This document shows, piece after piece, positions 8,878 through 18,769 of a stretch of DNA of 64,000 nt (position 1 is its first letter; each line of letters starts with the position of its first letter). This DNA is from an uncultured Acetatifactor sp. GTDB taxonomy: Bacteria > Bacillota > Clostridia > Lachnospirales > Lachnospiraceae. The position numbers and the translations under genes are program-made. Where the stretch lies: positions 29,106 to 93,105 of the forward strand of contig CAJUCT010000008.1 of NCBI GenBank assembly GCA_910585015.1. Reading direction: 5' to 3'. The notes beneath the pieces were generated by a model, which saw only the letters and a program-made list of their open reading frames with translations, was not told the origin of the DNA and did not search any database.

Positions 8878-10917
8878 TTACTTGCTCAGATCCAACTCAA
8901 TGTCTCCGCTGAACACCTGATCTTCCTTGCCCAGAGCGCCGGGGATGATGGTGAAGGTATTGGAGATACCGTCCTGCGCATCATTGAAGGGCAGCTTGGA
9001 TACGGAAGACAGAGATGCCACTGCGCCGTGGGTGTCACGTCCATGCATCGGGTTAGCGCCGGGAGCGAAAGGCTGGCCCTTTCTACGTCCGTCAGGCGTG
9101 TTACCGGTTGCCTTGCCGTAGGTTACATTGGAAGTAATGGTCAGGATGGAAGTGGTAGGGAATCCATCTCTGTAGGTGTGATGCCTTCTGATAGCGGTCA
9201 TAAACTTATGAACCACATCCTGGGCAATGCTGTCAACACGGTCGTCATCGTTACCATACTTCGGGAACTCGCCGGTGGTCTTGAAGTCAACGATGATACC
9301 ATCTTCATCGCGGACAACTTCAACCTTGGCATACTTGATAGCGGACAGAGAGTCTGCCACGATGGACAGGCCGGCAACACCGGTTGCGAAGTATCTTCTC
9401 ACATCTCTGTCATGCAGAGCCATCTCAGCTCTCTCGTAACAGTACTTGTCATGCATATAGTGGATAATATTCAGGGTATTTACATACACATCAGCCTGCC
9501 ACTCCAGCATGTCGATGAACTTGCTGTACACATCGTCAAAGTCCAGAACATCGCCGACCACAGGACGGTACTTAGGACCAACCTGCTTCTTGGTAACTTC
9601 GTCCACGCCGCCGTTCAAAGCGTACAGCAGGCACTTAGCCACGTTGGCGCGAGCGCCGAAGAACTGCATCTCCTTACCGATTCTCATGGAAGATACGCAG
9701 CAGGCAATACCATAGTCATCGCCATGGGTCACTCTCATCAGGTCATCGTTCTCATACTGGATGGAAGATGTGTTGATGGAGGTCTTAGCACAGAAGCGCT
9801 TGAAGCCCTCAGGCAGTCTGGTGGACCACAGTACGGTCAGGTTGGGCTCAGGTGAAGCGCCCAGATTGTACAGGGTCTGCAGATATCTGAAGCTCATTCT
9901 GGTAACCATATGACGACCGTCTACGCCCACACCAGCCAGGGACTCGGTTACCCATACAGGATCACCGGCGAAGATCTGGTTGTACTCAGGAGTACGGGCA
10001 AACTTGATCAGACGCAGCTTCATGATGAAGTGGTCGATGAACTCCTGGATCTGCTCCTCGGTGAACACACCGTTCTTCAGATCTCTCTCTGCATAGCAGT
10101 CGATAAAGGTGGAGGTACGTCCCAGGGACATAGCGGCGCCGTTCTGCTCCTTAACGGCACACAGATAGCCGAAGTAGGTCCACTGAATAGCCTCTTTTAC
10201 GTTGGCAGCGGGCTTAGAGATATCGCAGCCGTAGGAAGCAGCCATCTCCTTCATCAGCTTCAGGGCAACGATCTGCTCGGAAATCTCTTCGCGCAGACGG
10301 ATCACATCGTCGGTCATCACACGGCCGGTGGAAGCCTTCTGCTCCTCCTTATCCTGAATCAGTCTGTCGATACCGTACAGGGCAACCCTTCTGTAGTCGC
10401 CGATGATACGGCCACGGCCATAGGCATCAGGCAGACCGGTGATAATATGGGAAGAACGGCAGGCTCTCATCTCTGCATTATAAGCATCAAAACAACCTGC
10501 ATTGTGGGTCTTTCTGTGAGTGGAGAAAAACTCGCTGATCTCGGGATCGACCTCGTAGCCGTTGTCGGCGCAAGCCTTCTCTGCCATACGGATACCGCCA
10601 TAGGGCTGCAGGGATCTCTTGAAAGGCTTGTCGGTCTGGAAACCAACGATGGTCTCCTTGCTCTTGTCAAGGTAACCAGGACCATGGGAGGTGATGGTGG
10701 AAACAACCTTGGTGTCCATGTCCAGAACGCCGCCTGCTTCTCTCTCCTGCTTCTGCAGATCCAGTACCATTGCCCACAAATCCTTTGTGTTTTGTGTAGG
10801 GCCAACTAAGAAAGAATCATCTCCATCATAGGGATGATAGTTCTTCTGGATGAAATCACGAACATTGATTTCATTTTCCCACTTGCCGCCTACAAATTCG
10901 TTCCATTCAGGTCTCAT
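8878..10917 (-). CDS. pflB: Formate C-acetyltransferase (pyruvate formate-lyase) lacking the glycyl-radical domain
   Basis: 679 aa with the catalytic Cys pair ACCVSSM and [23 protein letters not shown]. Homology stops at ALGKEDQV, followed by 11 unrelated residues and TAA. RVSGYAV is absent from this ORF. Confidence 0.92.
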   Translation of the reverse strand: MRPEWNEFVGGKWENEINVRDFIQKNYHPYDGDDSFLVGPTQNTKDLWAMVLDLQKQEREAGGVLDMDTKVVSTITSHGPGYLDKSKETIVGFQTDKPFKRSLQPYGGIRMAEKACADNGYEVDPEISEFFSTHRKTHNAGCFDAYNAEMRACRSSHIITGLPDAYGRGRIIGDYRRVALYGIDRLIQDKEEQKASTGRVMTDDVIRLREEISEQIVALKLMKEMAASYGCDISKPAANVKEAIQWTYFGYLCAVKEQNGAAMSLGRTSTFIDCYAERDLKNGVFTEEQIQEFIDHFIMKLRLIKFARTPEYNQIFAGDPVWVTESLAGVGVDGRHMVTRMSFRYLQTLYNLGASPEPNLTVLWSTRLPEGFKRFCAKTSINTSSIQYENDDLMRVTHGDDYGIACCVSSMRIGKEMQFFGARANVAKCLLYALNGGVDEVTKKQVGPKYRPVVGDVLDFDDVYSKFIDMLEWQADVYVNTLNIIHYMHDKYCYERAEMALHDRDVRRYFATGVAGLSIVADSLSAIKYAKVEVVRDEDGIIVDFKTTGEFPKYGNDDDRVDSIAQDVVHKFMTAIRRHHTYRDGFPTTSILTITSNVTYGKATGNTPDGRRKGQPFAPGANPMHGRDTHGAVASLSSVSKLPFNDAQDGISNTFTIIPGALGKEDQVFSGDIELDLSK

Positions 10918-10985
10918 TTGAAATAGCCTCCTATAAGATATTGAATTAGTGAATGTGTTTTGGTAACTCCTAATCCTATGCCCCT

Positions 10986-11014
10986 ATTATAGGAGAAAGA
11001 ATCGGGATAGTCAA
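10986..11014 (-). promoter_or_regulatory. Sigma-A type promoter of pflB
   Basis: On the minus strand: TTGACT, 17 nt, TATAAT, about 65 nt upstream of the pflB ATG. Confidence 0.7.
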
Positions 11015-11261
11015 GGCTGGTAGTGTACTTTTTCCTGTACATAATTGCTATTTTGGCCATTATTTTTATTAAAAATTTATAAAAACTGTCCATAAAAGGT
11101 TATGCTTGCCAGAAGCGGGGAAAAGTATTATACTGTAAAGGCGGAAAAGGAAACTAAAAACGGCATTTTCCCAACGAAGGCGGAAGCAGGACAGGCACTG
11201 CCTGCGGGTACGAGGATGTTCGGGGGAAGATGCAAAGCACTAAATCAGGAGGTGTTGAAAT

Positions 11262-11453
11262 ATGCAAGGAATTACCAAGGAGATGACCATCGGGGAAATT
11301 CTGAGGAAGAACCCGGATGTGGCGCCGATTTTGATGGAAGCAGGTATGCACTGTCTGGGATGCCCGTCCGCTCAGGGCGAGAGCCTGGAGGAGGCCGCAA
11401 TGGTGCATGGCATTGATGTTGAAGCGCTGATGAAGAACATTCAGGAGGCGTAG
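11262..11453 (+). CDS. DUF1858 / hybrid-cluster-protein-associated redox disulfide domain protein
   Basis: 63 aa: [43 protein letters not shown]. Confidence 0.8.
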   Translation: MQGITKEMTIGEILRKNPDVAPILMEAGMHCLGCPSAQGESLEEAAMVHGIDVEALMKNIQEA

Positions 11454-11463
11454 TTATGTTAGG

Positions 11464-11496
11464 AATGCCTGGGGAATCCCCCAGGCATTTTTTTTG
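11464..11496. terminator. Bidirectional intrinsic terminator
   Basis: AATGCCTGGGG-AAT-CCCCCAGGCATT followed by eight T. Confidence 0.8.
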
Positions 11497-11508
11497 GAAC
11501 TGCAGTTT

Positions 11509-12237
11509 TCAGATTTGAGCCAGAGCCTGCAACGCATTTTTCGAAACCACCGTCTCACAGTGCTCTTCCAGATAGGAGGGGGTGGAGGCCGTCACCTTGA
11601 CAAAGGATCCATATTCCGAGAGAATATTGCAGCATCTGTTGAAGTCGGAAGCATCCCGCTGGGGATGGGACAGGAACAGCAGATAGCAGTCTTCCCGGGT
11701 ATCTTTGTACAGGGAACTGGAGCCCTTTGCACCGGCTGCGACGGCAGCGGCGGCTGTTATCAGCAGATGCAGAGAATGGAACCGGAGCATTCTCATCATC
11801 AGTTTACTCTCCGTATCGGCGGAAAGCTCCGGAGCCGGCATTTCGGGGGAGGAGATATCCTCGCTGCCCTGAAGTCTGCGGAACAGATCCAGCACCTCGT
11901 CAGCCGCAGAGGCTGCTTCCTCCTCGGCATCCGCCAGATCCTCATGTACGGAGGGGGCAAACCGGGCAAACCGGGTATCCAGTTCTTCAGGGTCCTCCAC
12001 TTTGGTGATAATCAGCACTATGCACTCCGCGTTCATGGGGATGGCCTCGATCATCAGCGGAATATCTTCGGCCTCAAAGCCAAACTCGAAATTGGCCTGC
12101 TGCATCATGTCCCGGAACAGGTTTTTTGCCTTTTCCGTGCCGTAAGCCAGTTCGCTGATCTGGAGTTCCCTGCTGGCCAGATCCTCTTTAGTCAGGGTAC
12201 AGCGAATCTGGTTTTCGCTTACTTTTTCTATTTTCAT
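11509..12237 (-). CDS. mecA: Adaptor protein MecA
   Basis: MKIEKVSENQIRCTLTKEDLASRELQISELAYGTEKAKNLFRDMMQQA matches the MecA N-terminal domain. Start set at the second in-frame ATG by RBS spacing. Confidence 0.85.
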   Translation of the reverse strand: MKIEKVSENQIRCTLTKEDLASRELQISELAYGTEKAKNLFRDMMQQANFEFGFEAEDIPLMIEAIPMNAECIVLIITKVEDPEELDTRFARFAPSVHEDLADAEEEAASAADEVLDLFRRLQGSEDISSPEMPAPELSADTESKLMMRMLRFHSLHLLITAAAAVAAGAKGSSSLYKDTREDCYLLFLSHPQRDASDFNRCCNILSEYGSFVKVTASTPSYLEEHCETVVSKNALQALAQI

Positions 12238-12356
12238 TAGGATCATCTCCTTTCGGATCTATAAAAAAATTCCGTAATTGCTTTTACAGCATATACTTTC
12301 CCAGGTTCTTCGTCAATAGACCTTAGAATGTTTTTAGAAAAAATTTAATTTTCTAC

Positions 12357-12385
12357 TTGCCAAAATATGACAGATGGCATATAAT
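12357..12385 (+). promoter_or_regulatory. Candidate sigma-A promoter in a long AT-rich spacer
   Basis: TTGCCA, 17 nt, TATAAT. The nearest downstream + strand ORF starts about 390 nt away. Confidence 0.5.
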
Positions 12386-12773
12386 GCATTCCAAGAGATG
12401 CTTCCGATATTCCGTACAGGAAGGGAGGCAAGCGGTTAAAAATATCTTTATTTATTCCGAAGATCCGGAACGTTTCGTTCCTCTCATCCTTTTTATTTTA
12501 TAGTATGAGTCAGTCTGTTCTTTTGCTAAAATAATCGGGATGTCTTACAAGCGGTTAATGCGAGCTTGATCGGTTTATATAATATATTTCCCACTTTTTA
12601 AATTTAAGTCACATTATAATTCAAAATCTACATTTATATTTTTTGCATTGTACTGTCGGAGCTCTCTGGACCAACTATTCCCCGCGTTTACCCAACACAG
12701 ATATGGAATTTGCTGACATAATATATCACGATTTTTCCTTTTGGATGTACAGCATATTGGGAGGAGGGATAAC

Positions 12774-12995
12774 TTGAGCGAAGAAGAAGTCCAAAGCGTC
12801 CGGGAGATGATACGGATGCAGCTGCAGAAGGTGCAGGAGCGGGGCGTAGACCTGTATGTGGACAACCGGCCGGCTTCCCCGGACGAAGTGGCCTGCAAAT
12901 GTGTGCAGGAGCAAACGGTCTACATGCCCGATTATGTTCTGAACGATATGGGCATTCTTGAACAGGTAAGGTTTGACAGAATCGATCCACAGTAA
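12774..12995 (+). CDS. Hypothetical 73 aa protein (TTG start)
   Basis: GGGAGGAGGG RBS 5 nt before the TTG. Codon usage resembles its neighbours. No family recognised. Confidence 0.45.
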   Translation: MSEEEVQSVREMIRMQLQKVQERGVDLYVDNRPASPDEVACKCVQEQTVYMPDYVLNDMGILEQVRFDRIDPQ

Positions 12996-13226
12996 GCCAT
13001 GGATCAGTGCCTCGAAATAGGGCGGAACGGATGCCTGCGGCGGAGAATGCCTCTCTAACAAAAAGCAGCTGATAAAAATAATATGACGTTCTGCCGTATT
13101 TTGTCAAAATAGGTGATGACGTTGCCGGAATAGTTTGGTATACTATTACATATTGGCGGAAAGGATCGGCTCCTTTTCGCCGGTATGTATGGTAGCTGTC
13201 TGATTTTAGAAAGAAAGAGGTAATTT

Positions 13227-14939
13227 ATGAAAAAAGCGATTCCAGTAATCATAGCAATCCTGCTCATTTTAGTGATCGGCGCAGTGACGCTTGGCAGTAT
13301 GCTGGTGGAAAAGTACTCTTATTCCAAGGAGAGAGTGGAACTGACGGAGTATTATGGATTGACGGCGGAAGAGGCCGACAGTCTGGTGGCTGTGTACCTA
13401 CAGGATGAGAGGCTGGAGACGCTGGCGCCCTTGAAGGAGGGAAAGTGTTATTTTCCCATGGATATGGTGCATCAATATTTTAATGATACTTTTTACGCGG
13501 ATCGCGCAGAGGGTCTGCTGCTGTATGCGCTGCCCACGGAGGTAGTGCGTGTGTCGCTGGGAAGCTCCGTAGAGGAGCGGGAGGGCGGCAGCGAGGATCT
13601 GGGCTATATGATTGCCTATGAAGATGGGGGCCAGGTCTATATCGCGGCGGATTATGTACAGCGTTACAGCAATGTGGAACTGCAATACGCCCAGTGTCAT
13701 GTGCAGGTGTACACACAGTGGGGCAGCGCCACCGTGGCCACTGTGGCGAAGGATACGGCGGTGCGGGTAAAAGGGGGCATTAAGAGCGAGATTTTGTGGG
13801 ACGTGCCCGGGGGCAGCCAGGTAAAAGTGCTGGAACAGATGGAGACCTGGAGCAAGGTGCGGACCAGTGACGGATATATCGGCTATGTGGAAAACAAACT
13901 GCTCCAGGATATAACGGAGATCCAGGAGATTCCGGTGACGGACTATGTGGAGCCGGAGTACACTTCCATCCGGCTGCCCGGCAAGGTGAGTCTGGGCTTT
14001 CACTCCATAGGGGGAGTGGGAGGCAATGATACTTTGGAGAGCATGGTGGCCGGCACCAGGGGGATGAATGTGATTGCGCCTACCTGGTTCAGCCTCAGCG
14101 ACAATGAGGGCAATTTCCAGAGTTTTGCCAGCAGTTCTTACGTGGAACGCGCCCATGGCATGGGACTGCAGGTATGGGGGGTGTTGGACAATTTCAACTA
14201 TAACAATATAAATCGGGTGGGCATCAATGAGTTCCAGATCCTGTCCTCTACTACCATCAGAGGCAGATTGATTGATAATATAGTAAACGAGGCGCTGAAC
14301 CTGAATCTGGATGGCATCAATATTGACTTTGAGAATCTGACGACGGAGTGCAGCGACCATTATGCCCAGTTTATTCGGGAACTGTCCATCGCATGTCGAA
14401 AAAGCGGGTTGATTTTGTCCTTTGACAATTATGTGCCCTATAATTTTAATGATTATTATCGCAGGGATGTGCAGGGGAAGGTGGCCGACTATGTGATTGT
14501 CATGGGCTACGACGAACATTGGCACGGCAGCGGAGATCCCGGTTCCGTGGCCAGCATCGGCTATGTCAGCGGCGGCATTGACCGCACCCTGGAACAGGTG
14601 CCGAAGGAAAAGGTGATCAACGCCCTGCCCTTTTATACAATTCTGTGGACAATTGACGGAGCTACGGTGACGGACGAGTACCTGCTCTTGTCCAACACCA
14701 AGGATTATCTGCGGCGAGTCGGTGTGGAGGCCACCTGGGACGAGGAGACCTCCCAGCTGTACGCGGAATGGCAGAGCGGCAGCAAGACCCACAAGATATG
14801 GGCGGAGACGGAGGAATCCATCCAGGTGAAGCTGAATGTGATGCAGAACCGGGGCATTGCCGGAGCGGCCGTATGGCAGATCAGTTACGGCACCCCGGAG
14901 GCATGGGAACTGATCAACGCCTATGTCAATGCCCCGTAG
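13227..14939 (+). CDS. GH18 family hydrolase with signal anchor and SH3b-like domain (YaaH/YdhD-like spore peptidoglycan hydrolase type)
   Basis: N-terminal TM helix. SH3-like block WSKVRTSDGYIGYVENKLL. GH18 catalytic motif LDGINIDFE. Confidence 0.8.
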   Translation: MKKAIPVIIAILLILVIGAVTLGSMLVEKYSYSKERVELTEYYGLTAEEADSLVAVYLQDERLETLAPLKEGKCYFPMDMVHQYFNDTFYADRAEGLLLYALPTEVVRVSLGSSVEEREGGSEDLGYMIAYEDGGQVYIAADYVQRYSNVELQYAQCHVQVYTQWGSATVATVAKDTAVRVKGGIKSEILWDVPGGSQVKVLEQMETWSKVRTSDGYIGYVENKLLQDITEIQEIPVTDYVEPEYTSIRLPGKVSLGFHSIGGVGGNDTLESMVAGTRGMNVIAPTWFSLSDNEGNFQSFASSSYVERAHGMGLQVWGVLDNFNYNNINRVGINEFQILSSTTIRGRLIDNIVNEALNLNLDGINIDFENLTTECSDHYAQFIRELSIACRKSGLILSFDNYVPYNFNDYYRRDVQGKVADYVIVMGYDEHWHGSGDPGSVASIGYVSGGIDRTLEQVPKEKVINALPFYTILWTIDGATVTDEYLLLSNTKDYLRRVGVEATWDEETSQLYAEWQSGSKTHKIWAETEESIQVKLNVMQNRGIAGAAVWQISYGTPEAWELINAYVNAP

Positions 14940-15052
14940 GCTTCGGGCAAGCCAGGGGAGCCCGTCCGGCGTCTGTGGTGCCTTGCGGCGCGGCATATGA
15001 CCGATTGGGCCGACATATATTGATAATAAGAAGATTGAGGATTATTATCAAT

Positions 15053-15775
15053 ATGGTGAAAAGGACAGAAAAAATTTTTTCGCTGGCGCTGGGAGTACTG
15101 CTGGTTTTGTCCATGGTCTATGTGGCGCACAGCGCGGCGGTATTCGTGGGCGGAAAGAATGTGGAGACAGGGGATGCGGCACAGGCCAAGGATCAGGTCT
15201 GCGTGGTGATCGATGCGGGGCACGGGGGAGACGATCCCGGCAAGATAGGCATAGGCCAGGTGCTGGAGAAGGACGTAAATCTGAGCATTGCCCGTAAGGT
15301 GCAGCAGTATCTGGAAGCGCAGGACATTCGGGTGGTGCTGACCAGGGAGGATGAAAACGGTCTGTATGACAGCGACGCATCCAACAAAAAGGTGCAGGAT
15401 ATGAAGCGGAGGGTTGCCCTGATTGAGGAGACAAAGCCCGCTATCACCGTCAGCATCCACCAGAACAGTTATCCGGAAGAATCTGTCCACGGAGCGCAGG
15501 TATTTTACTATGACGGCAGCAGGGACGGGCAGCTGCTGGCACAGTTGCTGCAAAAGCAGCTGGTGGAGAAACTGGATCCGGAGAACCATCGGCAGATCAA
15601 GGCCAACGACAGTTATTATCTGCTGAAAAAGACGGATATTCCCATCGTCATCGTGGAGTGCGGCTTCCTGTCCAACCAGGCGGAGGCGGCGCTGCTGGCC
15701 AGGGATGACTATCAGGATCGGGTGGCCTGGGCCATACATATGGGTATATTACAGTATCTGGCGGAGACGAATTAG
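15053..15775 (+). CDS. cwlD: N-acetylmuramoyl-L-alanine amidase, CwlD-like
   Basis: Signal anchor followed by amidase_3 motifs VVIDAGHGGDDPGK, SIHQNS and VIVECGFLSN. Confidence 0.8.
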   Translation: MVKRTEKIFSLALGVLLVLSMVYVAHSAAVFVGGKNVETGDAAQAKDQVCVVIDAGHGGDDPGKIGIGQVLEKDVNLSIARKVQQYLEAQDIRVVLTREDENGLYDSDASNKKVQDMKRRVALIEETKPAITVSIHQNSYPEESVHGAQVFYYDGSRDGQLLAQLLQKQLVEKLDPENHRQIKANDSYYLLKKTDIPIVIVECGFLSNQAEAALLARDDYQDRVAWAIHMGILQYLAETN

Positions 15776-15863
15776 ACAAATCCGCCAAAGTGTGTTATGA
15801 TACAATACAGAAACATGTTTTGGGGCAGAGCGGCAGGTTTGCCTGTCGGTAAAGGTATGGGGA

Positions 15864-16967
15864 ATGGACACTAGGGTGATAATGATACAGGGGCGGGGGG
15901 AAACGCTTTCTTCCGAGGAGGAACAGGCATTGCAGGAGGCAGGAGAGGTGCTGCGCCGGGGCGGTCTGGTGGCTTTTCCCACGGAGACGGTATACGGTCT
16001 GGGGGGAGACGCTTTGAACCCGGAGTCCTCCAGGAAAATTTATGCCGCCAAAGGACGGCCGTCAGACAATCCGCTGATTGTCCATATTGCCCGCATGGAG
16101 GATCTGGCCGCCATTGTCAGACAAGTGTCCGGAGAGGCGGCGCTGCTGGCCCGGACTTTCTGGCCAGGGCCGCTGACCATGATCCTGCCCAAGGCGGAGA
16201 GCGTTCCTTATGAAACCACGGGAGGACTTGAGACGGTGGCGGTGCGGATGCCCTCCCACCCGGTGGCGCGCAGGCTGATTGTCTGGGGCGGCGGTTATGT
16301 GGCGGCTCCCAGCGCCAATCTCTCCGGCAGACCCAGCCCCACTTCGGCCAAGTATGTGTTAGAGGATATGAACGGGCGGATTGATATGATTCTGGACGGC
16401 GGCGAGGGGGATATCGGTCTGGAGTCCACCATTGTGGATTTGACCGTCAGTCCGCCGCAGATACTTAGGCCGGGATATATTACCCGGGAAATGCTGGAGA
16501 CGGTGCTGGGGCAGGTGGGTGTAGATCAGACGATTCTCCAGGCAGACAGTGGACAGGCTCCCAGAGCGCCGGGAATGAAGTACCGGCATTATGCGCCGAA
16601 GGGAGAACTTACGATTATCTCCGGGCCCGCCGGACAGGTGACGAATTACATCAATATCCATGCGGCAGAGGACAGGAAACAGGGATATAAGGTGGGCGTT
16701 ATCGGCACAGATGAGGCGCTGGCGCAGTACCGGGCCGATGTGGTCAGCAGTCTGGGCAGCAGGCGGGACGAGGACAGTATCGCCAGACATTTATACAGTA
16801 TTCTGAGAGAGTTTGACGATGCGCAGGTGACAAGGATATATTCGGAATGTTTTGAAACCACAGGGCTGGGACAGGCGATTATGAACCGCCTGCTGAAAGC
16901 GGCGGGCCATAAACTAATCGTGTTGGATGGCACGGTCTCTTCTGCTGGACAGGATAATAGGGTATGA
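15864..16967 (+). CDS. tsaC: L-threonylcarbamoyladenylate synthase (Sua5/YwlC/TsaC)
   Basis: GGLVAFPTETVYGLGGDA, KIYAAKGRPSDNPLIVHI and a Sua5 C-terminal domain. The exact start is uncertain. Confidence 0.88.
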   Translation: MDTRVIMIQGRGETLSSEEEQALQEAGEVLRRGGLVAFPTETVYGLGGDALNPESSRKIYAAKGRPSDNPLIVHIARMEDLAAIVRQVSGEAALLARTFWPGPLTMILPKAESVPYETTGGLETVAVRMPSHPVARRLIVWGGGYVAAPSANLSGRPSPTSAKYVLEDMNGRIDMILDGGEGDIGLESTIVDLTVSPPQILRPGYITREMLETVLGQVGVDQTILQADSGQAPRAPGMKYRHYAPKGELTIISGPAGQVTNYINIHAAEDRKQGYKVGVIGTDEALAQYRADVVSSLGSRRDEDSIARHLYSILREFDDAQVTRIYSECFETTGLGQAIMNRLLKAAGHKLIVLDGTVSSAGQDNRV

Positions 16968-17072
16968 CTCTCCAGGGGAGGGAACCGGTTCGGAAAATCA
17001 GCAGGGAAGAGGCAAAAAAACGCATATCAATAATTTAGGAAGCGGCTGTAAAAGCGGCGGAATGGAGGGACT

Positions 17073-17501
17073 ATGATAGCGATCGGAAGTGATCATGGCG
17101 GTTATGATTTAAAGAAGAGGGTAATTCAGTATCTGGAGGAGAAGCAGATCCCCTATCAGGATATGGGATGCGACAGCAAGGCATCCGTGGATTATCCCAT
17201 ATACGGGAAAGCGGTGGCCCAGGCAGTGGCTGAGGGCAGTTGTGAGAAAGGTATCGTAATCTGCACCACAGGCATCGGCATCAGTATTGCGGCCAACAAG
17301 GTGCCGGGAGTTCGCTGCGCGCTGTGTTCGGATACTTTGTCCGCCAAGATGACCCGCCTGCACAACGATGCCAACGTGCTGGCCTTGGGCGGCGGCATGA
17401 TCGGCGACAATCTGGCGCTGGACATCGTGGAGACCTTTTTAAACACCCCCTTCTCCAACGAAGAAAAACATCAGAGAAGAGTAGATATGCTGAACTTCTA
17501 G
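17073..17501 (+). CDS. rpiB: Ribose-5-phosphate isomerase B
   Basis: IAIGSDHGGYDLK...GIVICTTGIGISIAANK...NDANVLALG. Confidence 0.92.
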   Translation: MIAIGSDHGGYDLKKRVIQYLEEKQIPYQDMGCDSKASVDYPIYGKAVAQAVAEGSCEKGIVICTTGIGISIAANKVPGVRCALCSDTLSAKMTRLHNDANVLALGGGMIGDNLALDIVETFLNTPFSNEEKHQRRVDMLNF

Positions 17502-17502
17502 A

Positions 17503-17622
17503 CAGCAGATTCCCGGACGGCTCACTGATGAATATTCGAACGCCGAAGCGTCAAGATGTTCATCACCGGATGAGTGTGCCAGGAGGGAAGCTGCGGAATT
17601 TCGAACGGAACTTTTAAATAAG
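17503..17622 (+). repeat. Family 1 hairpin/GCGGAAC element, single copy
   Basis: ACTGATGAATATTCGAACGCCGAAGCGTCAAGATGTTCATCACC core with an outer stem GCAGATTCCC / GGGAAGCTGC, then GGAATTTCGAACGGAACTTTTAAATAAGAGG before the upp ATG. Confidence 0.8.
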
Positions 17623-17633
17623 AGGACAAAATT

Positions 17634-18263
17634 ATGGCAAAGGTAGTAGTTATGGATCATCCCCTGATCCAGCACAAGATTGGCTTTATCCGCAGGGCTG
17701 AGACCGGCACCAAGGATTTCAGGCAGACCATCAGCGAGATCGCCATGCTGATCTGCTATGAGGCCACCAGAGAGTTACAGTTGGACGATGTGCAGATCGA
17801 GACCCCTATCTGTTCTGCCACAGTGAAGGAACTCAGGGGCAAAAAGATGGCAATCGTGCCCATACTGCGGGCGGGTCTTGGCATGGTGGACGGTATGCTG
17901 AACCTGATCCCTGCGGCCAAGGTGGGACATATCGGCCTGTACCGTGACCCGGAGACTTTGAAGCCGGTGGAATATTACTGTAAGCTTCCTGCCGACTGCG
18001 CGGACAGAGAGGTGTTTGTGGTGGATCCCATGCTGGCCACCGGCGGCTCTTCGGCGGCGGCCATACAGATGCTGAAGGACAAGGGCTGCAGAAACATCCA
18101 TTTCATGTGTATTATCGCTGCTCCCGAGGGAGTGGAACTGATGGGGCGGCAACATCCGGACGTAGACATGTATATCGGCGCGCTGGATGAGAGACTGAAC
18201 GACCACGGGTATATTGTACCCGGTCTGGGGGATGCGGGGGATCGCATCTTCGGCACCAGGTAA
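17634..18263 (+). CDS. upp: Uracil phosphoribosyltransferase
   Basis: 209 aa with [24 protein letters not shown] and [12 protein letters not shown]. Confidence 0.95.
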   Translation: MAKVVVMDHPLIQHKIGFIRRAETGTKDFRQTISEIAMLICYEATRELQLDDVQIETPICSATVKELRGKKMAIVPILRAGLGMVDGMLNLIPAAKVGHIGLYRDPETLKPVEYYCKLPADCADREVFVVDPMLATGGSSAAAIQMLKDKGCRNIHFMCIIAAPEGVELMGRQHPDVDMYIGALDERLNDHGYIVPGLGDAGDRIFGTR

Positions 18264-18274
18264 GGGGGCGGGTT

Positions 18275-18763
18275 ATGAGCGGCAAGAGAGAGGATTATAT
18301 CAGCTGGGACGAGTATTTTATGGGAGTGGCCCAGCTTTCGGGAATGCGTTCCAAGGATCCCGGCACTCAAGTAGGCTCCTGTATTGTCAGCCGGAAAAAC
18401 AAGATTTTGTCCATGGGTTATAACGGTTTTCCCAATGGTTGTGGCGATGACAGTTTTCCCTGGGCAAGGGAGGGAGAGGAGGAACTGGACACCAAATACC
18501 CTTTTGTGACCCACAGCGAACTCAATGCCATACTCAATTACCGGGGCGGCTCCCTGGAGGGAACCAAGCTGTATGTGTCCCTGTTTCCCTGCAATGAGTG
18601 CGCCAAGGCCATCATCCAGGCGGGCATCAAGACGGTGGTATATGCAAGCGACAAGTATGAGGGGACGCCCTCCAATGCGGCGTCCAAGAGGATGTTTGAT
18701 GCCGCCGGAGTGGAGTATGTGGCTTACCGTAAAACGGGCAGAAAAGTGGAATTGGAACTGTGA
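18275..18763 (+). CDS. comEB: dCMP deaminase (ComEB type)
   Basis: Zinc motifs HSELNA and PCNECAKAI. Confidence 0.9.
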   Translation: MSGKREDYISWDEYFMGVAQLSGMRSKDPGTQVGSCIVSRKNKILSMGYNGFPNGCGDDSFPWAREGEEELDTKYPFVTHSELNAILNYRGGSLEGTKLYVSLFPCNECAKAIIQAGIKTVVYASDKYEGTPSNAASKRMFDAAGVEYVAYRKTGRKVELEL

Positions 18764-18769
18764 GAAAAT

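Noticed and set aside
8485-8919. Group I (or II) self-splicing intron interrupting pflB, by analogy with the T4 nrdD intron in another glycyl-radical enzyme gene
   Set aside because: I could not find P/Q/R/S-like core elements or a U/omega-G boundary pair that would restore the frame. The segment is short, and it carries a stop, an RBS-led ORF, and a separate RBS plus ATG for the downstream piece. This fits expression as two polypeptides. Splicing is not excluded without cDNA data.
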